A stretch of DNA of 64,000 nucleotides from an uncultured virus (IMG/VR IMGVR_UViG_3300042864_001264) (IMGVR_UViG_3300042864_001264), one strand, 5' to 3'; positions 14,777 through 25,572 are shown, counted from the stretch's first letter. Numbers and translations are program-made. Notes: generated by a model not told the origin, from the letters alone.

Positions 14777-16711
14777 ATGTCGCAGACTATTGAAAATCCT
14801 TATGAAAATTTTATTGCTCTATCTAGATATGCAAAATGGGTAGAGGCAGAAGGTCGTAGAGAAACATGGGGAGAAACAGTAGATCGATATTTTTCTTTTA
14901 TGACCAATCACTTAAAAGCAAATCACAATTATATTCCAAATGAAAAGCTAGTTGCGGAATTAAAAGAGTTCGTATTTGAACGAAATGTAATGCCCTCCAT
15001 GAGATCTGTTATGACCTCTGGAGCCGCACTTGAAAGAGATAATGTTGCTGGATATAATTGCGCTTTTCTGCCAGTTGATTCCCCTCGCTCATTTGATGAG
15101 ACAATGTATGTACTTATGTGTGGAACTGGTGTTGGATTCTCGGTAGAATATAAGTATATCAATAAGCTACCACCAGTACCAGAAAAACTTGAAAAATCAG
15201 ATACTGTAATTGTTGTTGAAGATTCAAAACAAGGTTGGGCTAAAGCTTATCGTGAATTACTTGCTTTGCTTTGGACAGGACACATTCCAGCAATTGATGT
15301 TTCTAAAGTTCGTCCAGCTGGAGCAAGACTTAAGACAATGGGTGGAAGATCTTCAGGTCCACAGCCATTAGTCAATCTTTTTGATTTTACTATTGCAAAA
15401 TTTAAGAATGCAGCTGGAAGAAGCCTTAAGCCAATCGAATGCCATGACATTATGTGCAAGATTGGTGAAGTAGTAGTTGTTGGAGGCGTAAGACGCTCAG
15501 CAATGATTTCTTTATCTAACATTAATGATATTGAAATGGCTCAAGCAAAAGCAGGAAATTGGTGGGAAGCAAGTCCACAACGTGCTTTGTCAAATAACTC
15601 TGTTGCGTATTCTCGTAAACCAGAGATGGAACAATTTATTGCAGAATGGAAGTCTTTATATGACTCAAAATCTGGCGAACGTGGAATCTATAATGTTGCG
15701 GCAGCGCAGGCGCAAGCAGCTAAATTTGGTCGTAGAAACCCTGAAATCCATTATGGAACGAACCCATGTTCAGAAATTATTCTTCGTCCTTATCAGTTTT
15801 GTAATCTTTCAGAAGTCGTATTACGTGAAAGTGATACAAAGGAAGATATCCAGCGCAAAGTTGAGCTTGCTACAATCCTTGGAACGTGGCAGTCAACATT
15901 AACAGACTTCAAATATCTTCGTAAAATATGGAAAGATAATACGGAAGAAGAAAGACTGCTTGGGGTATCTTTAACAGGACAGTTCGGACATAAGTTTATG
16001 TCTGGAAAGCAAGATATTATTGCTCTTGAAGCATTTTTAATGTCAATGCGTGATCGTGCAAGAGAAGTAAATAAAGAAGAGTCTGGGAAAATTGGGATTC
16101 CTGAGTCTGCAGCTATTACATGCGTAAAGCCTTCTGGAACAGTGTCTCAATTGGTCGGGGTATCTTCAGGAATGCATCCATGGCATTCGCCATATTATAT
16201 TCGTACAGTGCGTGGCTCAAAGGGAGATCCAATCTCTACATTTTTAAAGGAAGTTGGAATTCCAGTAGAAGATGACGTAATGAAACCAAACGATACATAC
16301 GTGTTTTCATTTCCAGTAAAAGCTCCAGAAGGAGCAATTGTTAGAAATGATTTAACAGCTATTGATCACCTTAACATTTGGTTAGTCTACCAGAGAGCCT
16401 GGTGCGAACACAAGCCTTCAATTACAGTTTCTGTAAAAGAAGATGAATGGATGGAGGTTGGAGCTTGGGTTTATAAAAACTTTGATGAGGTTTCTGGAAT
16501 ATCATTCTTGCCTCATTCGGAGCATACTTACAAGCAAGCTCCTTATCAGGAAGTTACAAAAGAAGAATATGATGCTCTTGTTTCAAAAATGCCTAAAAGT
16601 ATTCGTTGGGAAGACTTGTCATTTTATGAGATAGAGGACGGAACTTCACCAACAGCAACTCTAGCCTGTAGCTCAGATGGTAATTGCGAATTGGTAGATA
16701 TCAGCGCATAG
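14777..16711 (+). CDS. nrdJ: Class II (adenosylcobalamin-dependent) ribonucleotide reductase
   Basis: YNCAF, VGGVRRSA, TNPCSEI, FCNLSE and TCVKPSGT motifs; C-terminal Cys pair; no beta subunit nearby. Confidence 0.92.
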   Translation: MSQTIENPYENFIALSRYAKWVEAEGRRETWGETVDRYFSFMTNHLKANHNYIPNEKLVAELKEFVFERNVMPSMRSVMTSGAALERDNVAGYNCAFLPVDSPRSFDETMYVLMCGTGVGFSVEYKYINKLPPVPEKLEKSDTVIVVEDSKQGWAKAYRELLALLWTGHIPAIDVSKVRPAGARLKTMGGRSSGPQPLVNLFDFTIAKFKNAAGRSLKPIECHDIMCKIGEVVVVGGVRRSAMISLSNINDIEMAQAKAGNWWEASPQRALSNNSVAYSRKPEMEQFIAEWKSLYDSKSGERGIYNVAAAQAQAAKFGRRNPEIHYGTNPCSEIILRPYQFCNLSEVVLRESDTKEDIQRKVELATILGTWQSTLTDFKYLRKIWKDNTEEERLLGVSLTGQFGHKFMSGKQDIIALEAFLMSMRDRAREVNKEESGKIGIPESAAITCVKPSGTVSQLVGVSSGMHPWHSPYYIRTVRGSKGDPISTFLKEVGIPVEDDVMKPNDTYVFSFPVKAPEGAIVRNDLTAIDHLNIWLVYQRAWCEHKPSITVSVKEDEWMEVGAWVYKNFDEVSGISFLPHSEHTYKQAPYQEVTKEEYDALVSKMPKSIRWEDLSFYEIEDGTSPTATLACSSDGNCELVDISA

Positions 16712-16784
16712 TGGTACAATAATATAATTGGGCTAACACCCAAAATTCCTAGGCTTCCCGCCTAGAAATAAGGAGGATCAAAAA

Positions 16785-17018
16785 ATGGCAAAAGCTAAAG
16801 AAGATCTAAACGGAGATGGAAAGGTTACAATGCAAGAGAAGATTCTAGCAGCACTAGCAAGTTATGGACGTCATTTTCTAGGAGCAGCAATTGCCCTATA
16901 CATGACTGGCAACACTAGTCCAAGAGACCTACTATTGGGCGGATTTGCTGCCACAGCACCCGTAATTTTGAAGGCATTAAACCCAAATGAGAAGTCATTC
17001 GGGTTTACAAACAAGTAA
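16785..17018 (+). CDS. Holin-like small membrane protein
   Basis: Two hydrophobic segments, an ALNP..FG tail and an N-terminal DLNGDGKVT loop. Confidence 0.55.
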   Translation: MAKAKEDLNGDGKVTMQEKILAALASYGRHFLGAAIALYMTGNTSPRDLLLGGFAATAPVILKALNPNEKSFGFTNK

Positions 17019-17093
17019 ACAAAAATAGTCAATTAGAAATACTCCTGTGCTAAAATTAGTACAGGAGTATTCCTATTTAGGAGACTATGGCAA

Positions 17094-17441
17094 ATGGCAG
17101 GACAAAAAAATTTCGACGTAGATCAAAATGCAACATTTAGCTTTGTAGTAGAATATAAAGACGAAAATGATAATGTGATTGATCTAACTGGCGCATCTGC
17201 AAAAATGCAGGTACGTGATGTAAAGGGTGGCTCGAAGCTAGCAGTAACTTTAACATCTCCAAGTGGTGGAATTGTAATAAACGGATCCCTTGGAAAATTA
17301 ACTGTAACACTTACACCAACTCAAACAAATAAACTTTTTTATCCTAAGTCAGTATATGACATAATGGTTGTAGATTCTAATGGTAATAAAATTAAGCTCC
17401 TTGAAGGGTTTATGACCCTAAATAGATCGGTAACTATATAG
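17094..17441 (+). CDS. Virion structural protein (beta-sandwich)
   Basis: DQNATF...IDLTGASAKMQVR...YDI...LLEG pattern common in phage fibre-base proteins. Confidence 0.65.
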   Translation: MAGQKNFDVDQNATFSFVVEYKDENDNVIDLTGASAKMQVRDVKGGSKLAVTLTSPSGGIVINGSLGKLTVTLTPTQTNKLFYPKSVYDIMVVDSNGNKIKLLEGFMTLNRSVTI

Positions 17442-17881
17442 TGATTGAATCTGTAGTTGTTAAAGAGCAAATAAATAAAGTTGTAATTTCTTCTCCTGGA
17501 CCCCAAGGTCCAAGAGGAAGAACCATACTTAATGGTACGGGAGACCCAGCAGCAAATCTAGGTCTTACTGGGGATTTTTATTTTGATACAACATCAGCAG
17601 CTTTTCACGGACCAAAAGTGTCTGACACTACTTGGTCGGGATCTAATAAGATATTTCTAACAAATAACACGTTGGCTTATTCCTGGGAGCTATCTCAGCT
17701 TACAGGACCATCCAATGGAATTTATTCTCTTGTTATAACTCACGGACTAGGCTATCAGCCAAACGTAACGGTTAAATCAAGCGCTGGAGATATTTTGGAA
17801 ACTGGAATAGACTACAATAGTACTAATCAGATAACGCTGACAATGGCTCAACCATTTTCAGGGACAGCATACCTGTCATAA
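17441..17881 (+). CDS. Fibre-associated structural protein
   Basis: Short collagen-like PGPQGPRG, GDFYFDT and HGLG..P.V motifs. Confidence 0.65.
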   Translation: MIESVVVKEQINKVVISSPGPQGPRGRTILNGTGDPAANLGLTGDFYFDTTSAAFHGPKVSDTTWSGSNKIFLTNNTLAYSWELSQLTGPSNGIYSLVITHGLGYQPNVTVKSSAGDILETGIDYNSTNQITLTMAQPFSGTAYLS

Positions 17882-17892
17882 GGAGATAGCAA

Positions 17893-19173
17893 ATGGCAAG
17901 AAAATTTTTAGTTAGCGTTGATCTCAACAAGAATGAGTTGCTCAATGCTAGAATTCAAAACTTAGGCGCTGCGCCTTCAAATCCAGTATCAGGTCAGATA
18001 TACTACAACACTGGTACAAATATTCTTTTCTTCTACAATGGATCAGAGTGGACCCCCACATCTGGATCTACAGAAGTTATTCAAGACGTAATTGGGTCAA
18101 CCGTAGTTGCTGGAACTGGTTTAACAGCAACTTATAATGATCCAGCAGGTAGCCATACAATCAGACTAAACGATACATCAGTCGTTGCTGGAACATATGG
18201 ATCTACAACAAAGATTCCTTCATTTACAGTAGACGGACAAGGTCGTTTAACAGCTGCAAATGAAGCAGATGTAGCTACAAACCTCTCAATAGCTGGTGAC
18301 ACTGGAACAGACACAGTTAACTTATTAACTGATACATTAACTGTTGCAGGAGGAGAAGGAATTGATGTTGCTGTAACAGATAACACAATTACAGTTTCAG
18401 CTGAAGATGCAACCTATACAAATAAAGGTGTAGCTTCATTTAGTTCAACAGATTTTACAGTTACAGCAGGGGCAGTATCTCTTAATAAAGATCCAGTAAT
18501 CACACTCTCAGGAGATGTGACTGGATCAGCAACAATGACCAATTTAGGTGATGTTACAATATCAACTACAATTGAGCCAAACTCTGTTGCATTAGGAACT
18601 GACACAACTGGAAGCTACATTTCAACAATTACTGGTACACCTGGTGAAATTATTGTTTCAGGTTCAGGATCAGAGTCAGCGGCAGTAACAATTGGATTAC
18701 CAGATGATTTAACAGTTGCTGGAGACTTGACAGTAAATGGAAATCTTGATGTACAGGGATCTATTAACTCAATCAGCACAACTGAAGTTAATATTGTTGA
18801 TAATAAAGTTGTTCTCAATACAAATGTAACTGGAGCACCATCAGCAGATGCTGGTTTAAAGGTAAATCGTGGAACTTCAGCAGACGTAGAGTTGCTGTGG
18901 AATGAAACTTCAGATCAATGGACATTAACCAATGATGGAACAAATTATCATGAAATTACAAGAAAGTATAAGACAACTCTTAATACATCAGCAACATCTT
19001 ATACTGTAACTCATAATTTAGGTACAAAAGATATAGTCGTTTCTATATATGAAGTTGCTTCTCCATTTGCAGAAATTATTGCAGACGTAGAGCATACATC
19101 AGATACAGCAGCAACAATTAAATTTGCAGTTGCACCAGCATCTGGAGAATATAGAGTAGTTGTAATAGGATAA
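17893..19173 (+). CDS. Fibre/decoration protein
   Basis: Thr/Val/Gly-rich; GQIYYN, AGTYGS..VDGQGRLTAA and HNLGT motifs. Confidence 0.7.
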   Translation: MARKFLVSVDLNKNELLNARIQNLGAAPSNPVSGQIYYNTGTNILFFYNGSEWTPTSGSTEVIQDVIGSTVVAGTGLTATYNDPAGSHTIRLNDTSVVAGTYGSTTKIPSFTVDGQGRLTAANEADVATNLSIAGDTGTDTVNLLTDTLTVAGGEGIDVAVTDNTITVSAEDATYTNKGVASFSSTDFTVTAGAVSLNKDPVITLSGDVTGSATMTNLGDVTISTTIEPNSVALGTDTTGSYISTITGTPGEIIVSGSGSESAAVTIGLPDDLTVAGDLTVNGNLDVQGSINSISTTEVNIVDNKVVLNTNVTGAPSADAGLKVNRGTSADVELLWNETSDQWTLTNDGTNYHEITRKYKTTLNTSATSYTVTHNLGTKDIVVSIYEVASPFAEIIADVEHTSDTAATIKFAVAPASGEYRVVVIG

Positions 19174-19183
19174 GGATTTTAAA

Positions 19184-19561
19184 ATGGCCAAAAAGTTTAA
19201 GTCCTTATTAAATCTTCTTACACTTGCAGAAGATCCGCTTATCGGATCAACTGGAGATGTTTACTTTAATGTTACAAGTAAAAACATTAAGATATACAAC
19301 GGTGCAGTGTGGGTTGACTTAACTCCAGGCTCTTCAGATCCCGCTCCATTCTACATGCACACACATACATACGACGGAGATGTTCATACTATTAACCTTC
19401 AGGAAACTATTAACTTTAATACTGATATTAATAATAATGCCAGCGTAGTAGAAACAATTCCTGCTATAATTGGCATAGACGGTGGTTCTCCAACATCATC
19501 GTATGTAAAACCAAATTATACACAGTTAACATTGTTGGACGGAGGACAAATTGGCAACTAA
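19184..19561 (+). CDS. Structural protein, hypothetical
   Basis: GDVYFN...IYNGAVW and IDGG motifs. Confidence 0.6.
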   Translation: MAKKFKSLLNLLTLAEDPLIGSTGDVYFNVTSKNIKIYNGAVWVDLTPGSSDPAPFYMHTHTYDGDVHTINLQETINFNTDINNNASVVETIPAIIGIDGGSPTSSYVKPNYTQLTLLDGGQIGN

Positions 19562-20096
19562 TTACCCAACATCTATAGATAATCTATCTAATCCAGAATC
19601 AAATGACTCAATGGCAGGCCATGCAGCATTGCATAGCAATGTAAATGACGCAATTGAAGCCCTAGAGTTAAAGCTAGGAATTGATGGATCGACAGATGCA
19701 AATTCAATAGATTATAAAATCACACAACTTGAATCAAACTTGGCAGCCATTGATTCCGAGAACGCAGCAGAGCTTCTTGGACTAGAAGGCAATAACGATC
19801 TTACAGTTTATGGTATTGAAAATCCAACAAGCATAGATTCATTTGCAAAAAGTGCCTGGAGAACCGTAAGGTATAACATCCAGGTAGTAAAAAACTCAGA
19901 TGTTTACGCATCAGAAATACTAGCTTCACATAACGGAACAGACATTATGGTTTCAGAGTCAAACATAATATCAAACACAAACACAAGCTTATTTACTTAT
20001 GCATTTGAAGAAAATTCAGGTATAATTAGTTTCAGGGTCACCCCTGTTTCTGGTTCAATCTCAGTAAGATTTATAAGAACAGCGCTTAAAGCATAA
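19551..20096 (+). CDS. Structural protein, hypothetical
   Basis: TTG start; NDAIEALELKLG coiled segment; C-terminal domain similar to that of 20124..21656. Confidence 0.6.
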   Translation: MATNYPTSIDNLSNPESNDSMAGHAALHSNVNDAIEALELKLGIDGSTDANSIDYKITQLESNLAAIDSENAAELLGLEGNNDLTVYGIENPTSIDSFAKSAWRTVRYNIQVVKNSDVYASEILASHNGTDIMVSESNIISNTNTSLFTYAFEENSGIISFRVTPVSGSISVRFIRTALKA

Positions 20097-20123
20097 AAAA
20101 AAGCAACAAGAGGAGTCATATAA

Positions 20124-21656
20124 ATGGCAACAGTAGTAAAAAACTTTAGAATTAAATCAGGCCTTGTAGTTGAGGGTGCAACAGGTACAATCAATGGCCA
20201 AAATATACTTACAGAGACAGGCGGAGATGCTTATATTCTCAACCTTGTAGGTGGAGCAACTCTTGTAAAATCAGTAGAGGCGACACAGCTTGAAGTAAGC
20301 GGCGCTGGAAAACTATCTGTAAAATCTGGCGTATTTGATGCAGCAGGCGCAGCAGCAGCAGCACAATCTGCAGCAGAAGCCACAGCAGCATCTGATGCCA
20401 CATCAAAGGCTAACGCAGCACAGTCTGCAGCAATTACTGCTGCAGCAACAGATGCTACAACTAAGGTAGCAGCAGAAGCAGCACTTAGAGTATCAGGCGA
20501 CGCAGCTTCAGTTTCAACTGCAGCAGCAGACGCTACTTCAAAGGCTAATGCCGCTCAGGCAGCTGCAGAAGCAACTGCAGCATCAGCACTTTCAACACAT
20601 AACGATGACACTACTAACGTACACGGAATTGCAGACACATCCTTATTAGCTACTACATCAAATGTAGCAACCGCTAAGTCAGAAGCTATTTCTGCAGCAG
20701 CGACAGATGCTACAACTAAGGCAAATGCAGCGCAAGCAGCCGCAGAGGCCACTGCAGCATCAGCACTTTCAACTGCAATATCAACAGAGGTTTCAAATCG
20801 CAATACAGCAATTTCAGCTGCAGTAGATGGACTTGTAGACGGAGCTCCAAACCTACTTAATACATTAAATGAATTAGCAGCAGCAATTAATGACGATGCT
20901 AATTACACAACAACTATTACAACTGCTCTCGGAACAAAGGCTAATTCAGCTGATGTAACTTCAGCAATTTCAACAGCAGCTTCAAATGCCGCTTCAGATG
21001 CTACCACTAAGGCCAATGCTGCTCAAGCAGCCGCAGAGGCCACCGCAGCATCTGCTCTCTCAACACACAGCTCTGACACTACTAACGTTCATGGAATTGC
21101 TGACACATCTCTATTGGCTACTACAGCAAATGTAGCAACAGCTAAATCAGAGGCAATATCATCAGCTTCTACAGATGCTACCACCAAGGCCAATGCTGCT
21201 CAAGCAGCTGCAGAAGCTACAGCAGCAGCAGATGCTACCACTAAGGCCAATGCTGCTCAAGCAGCCGCAGAGGCCACAGCAGCGGCAGCTAATACTGCAC
21301 AGCAAAATGGTACAACATCTTTTACAGCATTAAACGTTAACGACCAGGCTAAGCAAATTGCAGCCTCATCTTCTGGAACAGCAACAGTCGCTGGAACAGC
21401 TTATGAGTGGGCAAAAGCTGATTACCGTTCAGGTAAGTTCCTTGTTAAAATTGATAATGAGACTCACAATGAAATATCAGAAATTCTAGTAACACTAGAT
21501 TCATCAGATAACGTAGCAATTACAGAATATGCAATTGTTGGAACTAATGGATCAAGAGGAACAATTACAGCAGATGTTTCAGGTTCAAACGTAAGAATAC
21601 GGGTTACTCCAGTAAATAACTCAACAGTTAAAGTATCTGGAACACTAATTAAATAA
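20124..21656 (+). CDS. Ala-rich coiled-coil fibre protein
   Basis: Repeated DATTKANAAQAAAEATAA units, duplicated TTNVHGIADTSLLATT, and a GAP..LNTLNELAAA motif. Confidence 0.75.
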   Translation: MATVVKNFRIKSGLVVEGATGTINGQNILTETGGDAYILNLVGGATLVKSVEATQLEVSGAGKLSVKSGVFDAAGAAAAAQSAAEATAASDATSKANAAQSAAITAAATDATTKVAAEAALRVSGDAASVSTAAADATSKANAAQAAAEATAASALSTHNDDTTNVHGIADTSLLATTSNVATAKSEAISAAATDATTKANAAQAAAEATAASALSTAISTEVSNRNTAISAAVDGLVDGAPNLLNTLNELAAAINDDANYTTTITTALGTKANSADVTSAISTAASNAASDATTKANAAQAAAEATAASALSTHSSDTTNVHGIADTSLLATTANVATAKSEAISSASTDATTKANAAQAAAEATAAADATTKANAAQAAAEATAAAANTAQQNGTTSFTALNVNDQAKQIAASSSGTATVAGTAYEWAKADYRSGKFLVKIDNETHNEISEILVTLDSSDNVAITEYAIVGTNGSRGTITADVSGSNVRIRVTPVNNSTVKVSGTLIK

Positions 21657-21721
21657 TTAAATAAAAGGTAAGGGGTCCTTTCAAAACCCCACCAAAACAA
21701 TTAGGGGATATGTGAACTTAA

Positions 21722-22087
21722 ATGGCAACAACAGATAAAAACTTTAGAGTAAAAAATGGACTCAATGTAGCAGGTACTGCGACATTTGGGTCTAATGTCG
21801 TTTTGGGCGAGACACCTCTTAGATTTGACACAGTAACAAATAAACTACAGATCCAGCTAAATGGTACCTGGGTACCAGTGGCCTTGGCATCAGATATTCC
21901 AGACACATCTTCACAGATTAGTTTCATGGATATTGGCTTATCTATTGATTATAACGGTCAACCAATATATACAGTCCAGGCAAACGGAGTAACACCTTCA
22001 TCTACTAGCAAGTTTGTAGATGGCGGAACCCCGTCTTCAACAGATTCTGATGTTTCTATGGTATTTGATTCTGGGGTTATAGTTTAA
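21722..22087 (+). CDS. Structural protein, hypothetical
   Basis: KNFRVKNGL N-terminus shared with 20124..21656. Confidence 0.6.
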   Translation: MATTDKNFRVKNGLNVAGTATFGSNVVLGETPLRFDTVTNKLQIQLNGTWVPVALASDIPDTSSQISFMDIGLSIDYNGQPIYTVQANGVTPSSTSKFVDGGTPSSTDSDVSMVFDSGVIV

Positions 22088-22140
22088 AGCAATAAATGAT
22101 ACAATAGCAGTATAAATCAAAAAATATAAGGGGTATTAAA

Positions 22141-24228
22141 ATGGCAACAGTAAGATTACAATTAAGAAGAGGTATCGCAGACGATTGGTTCGATGCTAAC
22201 CCAGTTCTAGCAGCTGGAGAAATTGGTATTGAAACAGATACTAACACATTTAAATTTGGCGATGGCACCACAGCGTGGAATAGCCTTGAATACGCCCTTT
22301 CAGGCACAGTAGATGACTACATTGCTTTGAGTACAAAAGGAGTTGCAAACGGAGTAGCCTCACTAGACGGTTCTGGCTTAATCCCACTTGCTCAGCTTCC
22401 TGGAGCAGCAGCATTAGATGCAGAAGTATCTACAGCAGTTACAAATCATAATAACGCTACTACTTCAGTACATGGAATTGCAAATACAGCAAATCTTGTA
22501 ACATTAGATGCTAATCAGACACTAACAGCAAAAACTTTATCATCACCAGCTTTGACTGGAACACCAACAGCACCAACAGCTTCAGTAGGAACAGATACAA
22601 CTCAGGTTGCAACAACAGCGTTTGTTCAGGATGCAATTGAGGTAGTAGTTGGAGCGGCTCCAGCAGCATTAAATACACTAGCAGAAATTGCAACATCTTT
22701 AGCAGACAATGCTGACCTTTCAGGTACATTAACAACAGCAATTTCAGGTAAGGTAGCAAAGTCTGGCGATACAATGTCAGGTGTCCTTAATATGGATACA
22801 AACAAGATTACAGCACTTGGTACAGCAACAACAGATTATGATGCTACAAATAAATTTTATGTAGATCAAAGAACTGCTAATGCTGTAGGAACACACAAAG
22901 ATACTACAACCAACATTCACGGCATTTCAGATACAGCTAGCCTTGTTTACACAGGAGACTATAGACTACAAGATGCAAGAAACCCATTAGATCTTTCAGT
23001 AACTGAAGGAAAGATTACAGATCTTGCAGTTACAACTGCAAAGATTGCAGATTCTGCAGTTACAACTTCCAAACTTGGTGATACATCCGTAACAACAATA
23101 AAGATTGCAGATGATGCTGTAACTTCTGATAAAATTGCAGATAACGCAATCCTACAAATACACCTTTCAGATGATTCTGTAGGAACAAATGAAATTAGTG
23201 GTCTTGCAGTAACAACTGCAAAGATTGCAGATGATGCAGTTACAACTGCAAAGATTGCAGATTCAAATATTACTACTGCTAAAATTAACAATGATGCAGT
23301 AACATCTGACAAAATTGCATCACTTGCTGTAACAGCTGACAAAATTGGATCACTTGCTGTAACAGAAGGAAAGATTGCAGATTCAGCAGTTACAACAGGT
23401 AAAATTGCAAACGGAACAATTGTTGATGCAGATGTAAATTCAGCGGCAGCAATTGCTCAGTCAAAGATTGACGGCCTTGGAGCAGCACTTGATGCTAAGC
23501 TAGCATCTGCAACAGCAGCATCAACATACGCACCAATTGATTCACCAACATTTACTGGAACAGTTGCTGGTGTTACAAAAGCACACGTAGGCCTTGGAAA
23601 TGTTGATAATACAGCAGATGCCTCAAAGCCAGTCTCTACAGCACAGGCAACAGCAATTGCTACAGCTAAATCAGAAGCTATTGCAGATGCAACATCACAG
23701 GTTAACGCACTTCTAGCAGGTGCTCCAGCAGCACTCAATACACTTGATGAACTAGCAGCAGCACTAGGTGATGACGCAAACTTTGCATCAACAGTTACAA
23801 CTAATTTAGCAGCAAAAGCACCAATTGCTTCACCAACATTTACTGGAACAGTAACAGTTGCAGCAGCAGGAGTAGCATTTACAGACAAGACACAGACAAA
23901 GGCTGGAGTTCCATCTCTAACTACAATAGCATCAGCAATTTCATCAAATACAACACTTGATGCACTTGGCACTGACGCTGCAGTAAGAGACTCCTTAATT
24001 CCTCTATCAGGAGCAGTAGGAATAACATTTGAAGCTACAGGAAATGCTAAATATGCAATCGGTTCTTCTATAAGCTTCTATCAGTCAGCTGGAACAGGTG
24101 CAAACTTTATTGAAAGCGGAATTACAGTTCTAGCCACACCAGGTCGGATTCTTAGAACAACAAATTCATCAGTTACAGCAACAAAAATTGCAGCTACAAC
24201 ATGGTTGTTAGCTGGAGATTTAAGATAA
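22141..24228 (+). CDS. Fibre protein with an Mtd-N/hyaluronidase-like N-terminus and VTTAKIAD repeats
   Basis: LQLRRG...NPVLAAGEIGIETDT..FKFGDG..AWNSL; about 15 tandem 10-aa AVTTAKIADD-type repeats; SPTFTGT motifs. Confidence 0.8.
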   Translation: MATVRLQLRRGIADDWFDANPVLAAGEIGIETDTNTFKFGDGTTAWNSLEYALSGTVDDYIALSTKGVANGVASLDGSGLIPLAQLPGAAALDAEVSTAVTNHNNATTSVHGIANTANLVTLDANQTLTAKTLSSPALTGTPTAPTASVGTDTTQVATTAFVQDAIEVVVGAAPAALNTLAEIATSLADNADLSGTLTTAISGKVAKSGDTMSGVLNMDTNKITALGTATTDYDATNKFYVDQRTANAVGTHKDTTTNIHGISDTASLVYTGDYRLQDARNPLDLSVTEGKITDLAVTTAKIADSAVTTSKLGDTSVTTIKIADDAVTSDKIADNAILQIHLSDDSVGTNEISGLAVTTAKIADDAVTTAKIADSNITTAKINNDAVTSDKIASLAVTADKIGSLAVTEGKIADSAVTTGKIANGTIVDADVNSAAAIAQSKIDGLGAALDAKLASATAASTYAPIDSPTFTGTVAGVTKAHVGLGNVDNTADASKPVSTAQATAIATAKSEAIADATSQVNALLAGAPAALNTLDELAAALGDDANFASTVTTNLAAKAPIASPTFTGTVTVAAAGVAFTDKTQTKAGVPSLTTIASAISSNTTLDALGTDAAVRDSLIPLSGAVGITFEATGNAKYAIGSSISFYQSAGTGANFIESGITVLATPGRILRTTNSSVTATKIAATTWLLAGDLR

Positions 24229-24248
24229 TAGGAAATAGGGGATAAAAT

Positions 24249-25562
24249 ATGTCAAAAAATATAGGTAGAAGAGCATCAGCCCAGGATAACTTTACTGGCC
24301 CGCTTGCTCCGACCAACTTAACAGCCACAAACGTGCCTTCTGGCAGAGCATTTAATGATGGAAGAATAGATCTCTCATGGACTGCTTCTGAAGGAGCAAA
24401 TACCCCAACATCTTATAAGGTATTTAGAAGTGGAACAGAAATTGCAACTGTTTCTCATCCCACAACAACATACTCACATACTGGGCTATCTTCAGCTAGC
24501 TCTAATTCTTATACAGTACGAGCAGCTGATTCTTACGGAACTTCAACAGATTCAAATACTGCAACTGCAACAGCTACAACAGTTCCAGCTACCATGTCTG
24601 CCCCGTCAGCAACTGCTGGTGTAAATGCAGACAGTATTTCATTTACAGCTCCATCCGACGGTGGATCAGCAATAACTTTATATCGCTGGACAAGCTCCGA
24701 CGGTAAAACTGGAACTTCAGCATCTTCTCCAATATCTATTACGCAAGAGGCAAGTACTGCTCAGACGTATCAGATACGGGCTGAAAATGCCAACGGTGCA
24801 GGAGGGTATTCTGGAGCTTCTAACCAGGTTACAACACAGGCCCCAAGCTTCTTCGGACCACCAAGCTTCTTCGGTCCTCCAGGATTCTTTGCACCTCCAG
24901 GTTTCTTTGGTCCTCCAGGGTTCTTTGCCCCACCAGGGTTCTTTGCCCCACCAGGGTTCTTCGCCCCACCAGGGTTCTTCGCCCCACCAGGGTTCTTCTC
25001 ACCACCTAGCTTTATTAAGTCTGTCGGAGTGAACACTCTTTTGAGAACTCCTACAGGAATGGTTTCAGCTGGTCAAATTGAAGTAGGAGATGCAGTAATA
25101 GGGTTAAGAATTCCAGGAATTCCAGACGACTACTGGCTACTTGATGATGGTTCATACGGATCTTATTCAGACTATGTTATTACTCAAGAGCAAATTGACG
25201 GCGCAGAAGAAACAGAAGTAACTGTTGTCGGAAAAATGTTGCACGAGAACTTAGGTGCAGCAGCAGTAAATGGTGATATATATACACTAAATCACTTTAT
25301 ACTTGCAAAGCGTGATAACGAAATTAGATCGCTAAACGTAAAAGATTTACTAAATACTGATTTAATTTACAACTTCCAATCAAAAGACTTTGTTGCGATT
25401 GAATCGTTAGAGTTAAATGAAGACATTACAATTCAGTCTTATTCTATAAACGTAGAGCCATGGGACTTCTACTTTACAGAAAACGGAGTTACATTTGATA
25501 TGCATGCACATAGCACCACCCTATTTGGATCTAATGATCCAGATGGTCCTGGCCCCCTATAA
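24249..25562 (+). CDS. FN3 domain + (PPGFFA)n repeat + Hint-like domain protein
   Basis: Two FN3-like repeats, about 10 hexapeptide repeats (24840-25013), and Hint-like blocks SVGVNTLLRTPTG..IEVGD, TLNH and YSINVEPWDFYF. Confidence 0.75.
   Translation: MSKNIGRRASAQDNFTGPLAPTNLTATNVPSGRAFNDGRIDLSWTASEGANTPTSYKVFRSGTEIATVSHPTTTYSHTGLSSASSNSYTVRAADSYGTSTDSNTATATATTVPATMSAPSATAGVNADSISFTAPSDGGSAITLYRWTSSDGKTGTSASSPISITQEASTAQTYQIRAENANGAGGYSGASNQVTTQAPSFFGPPSFFGPPGFFAPPGFFGPPGFFAPPGFFAPPGFFAPPGFFAPPGFFSPPSFIKSVGVNTLLRTPTGMVSAGQIEVGDAVIGLRIPGIPDDYWLLDDGSYGSYSDYVITQEQIDGAEETEVTVVGKMLHENLGAAAVNGDIYTLNHFILAKRDNEIRSLNVKDLLNTDLIYNFQSKDFVAIESLELNEDITIQSYSINVEPWDFYFTENGVTFDMHAHSTTLFGSNDPDGPGPL
24840..25013 (+). 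repeat. 18-bp tandem repeat encoding PP(G/S)FF(A/G/S)
   Basis: CCACCAGGGTTCTT(T/C)GCC and variants, about 10 units. Confidence 0.95.
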
Positions 25563-25572
25563 AATGCATTAG

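Noticed and set aside
14777..16711. Intein or intron in the RNR
   Set aside because: The ORF is continuous at 644 aa with catalytic motifs at normal spacing.
22141..24228. Diversity-generating retroelement target suggested by the Mtd-like N-terminus
   Set aside because: No reverse transcriptase, TR/VR pair or C-type-lectin variable C-terminus is present in the window.
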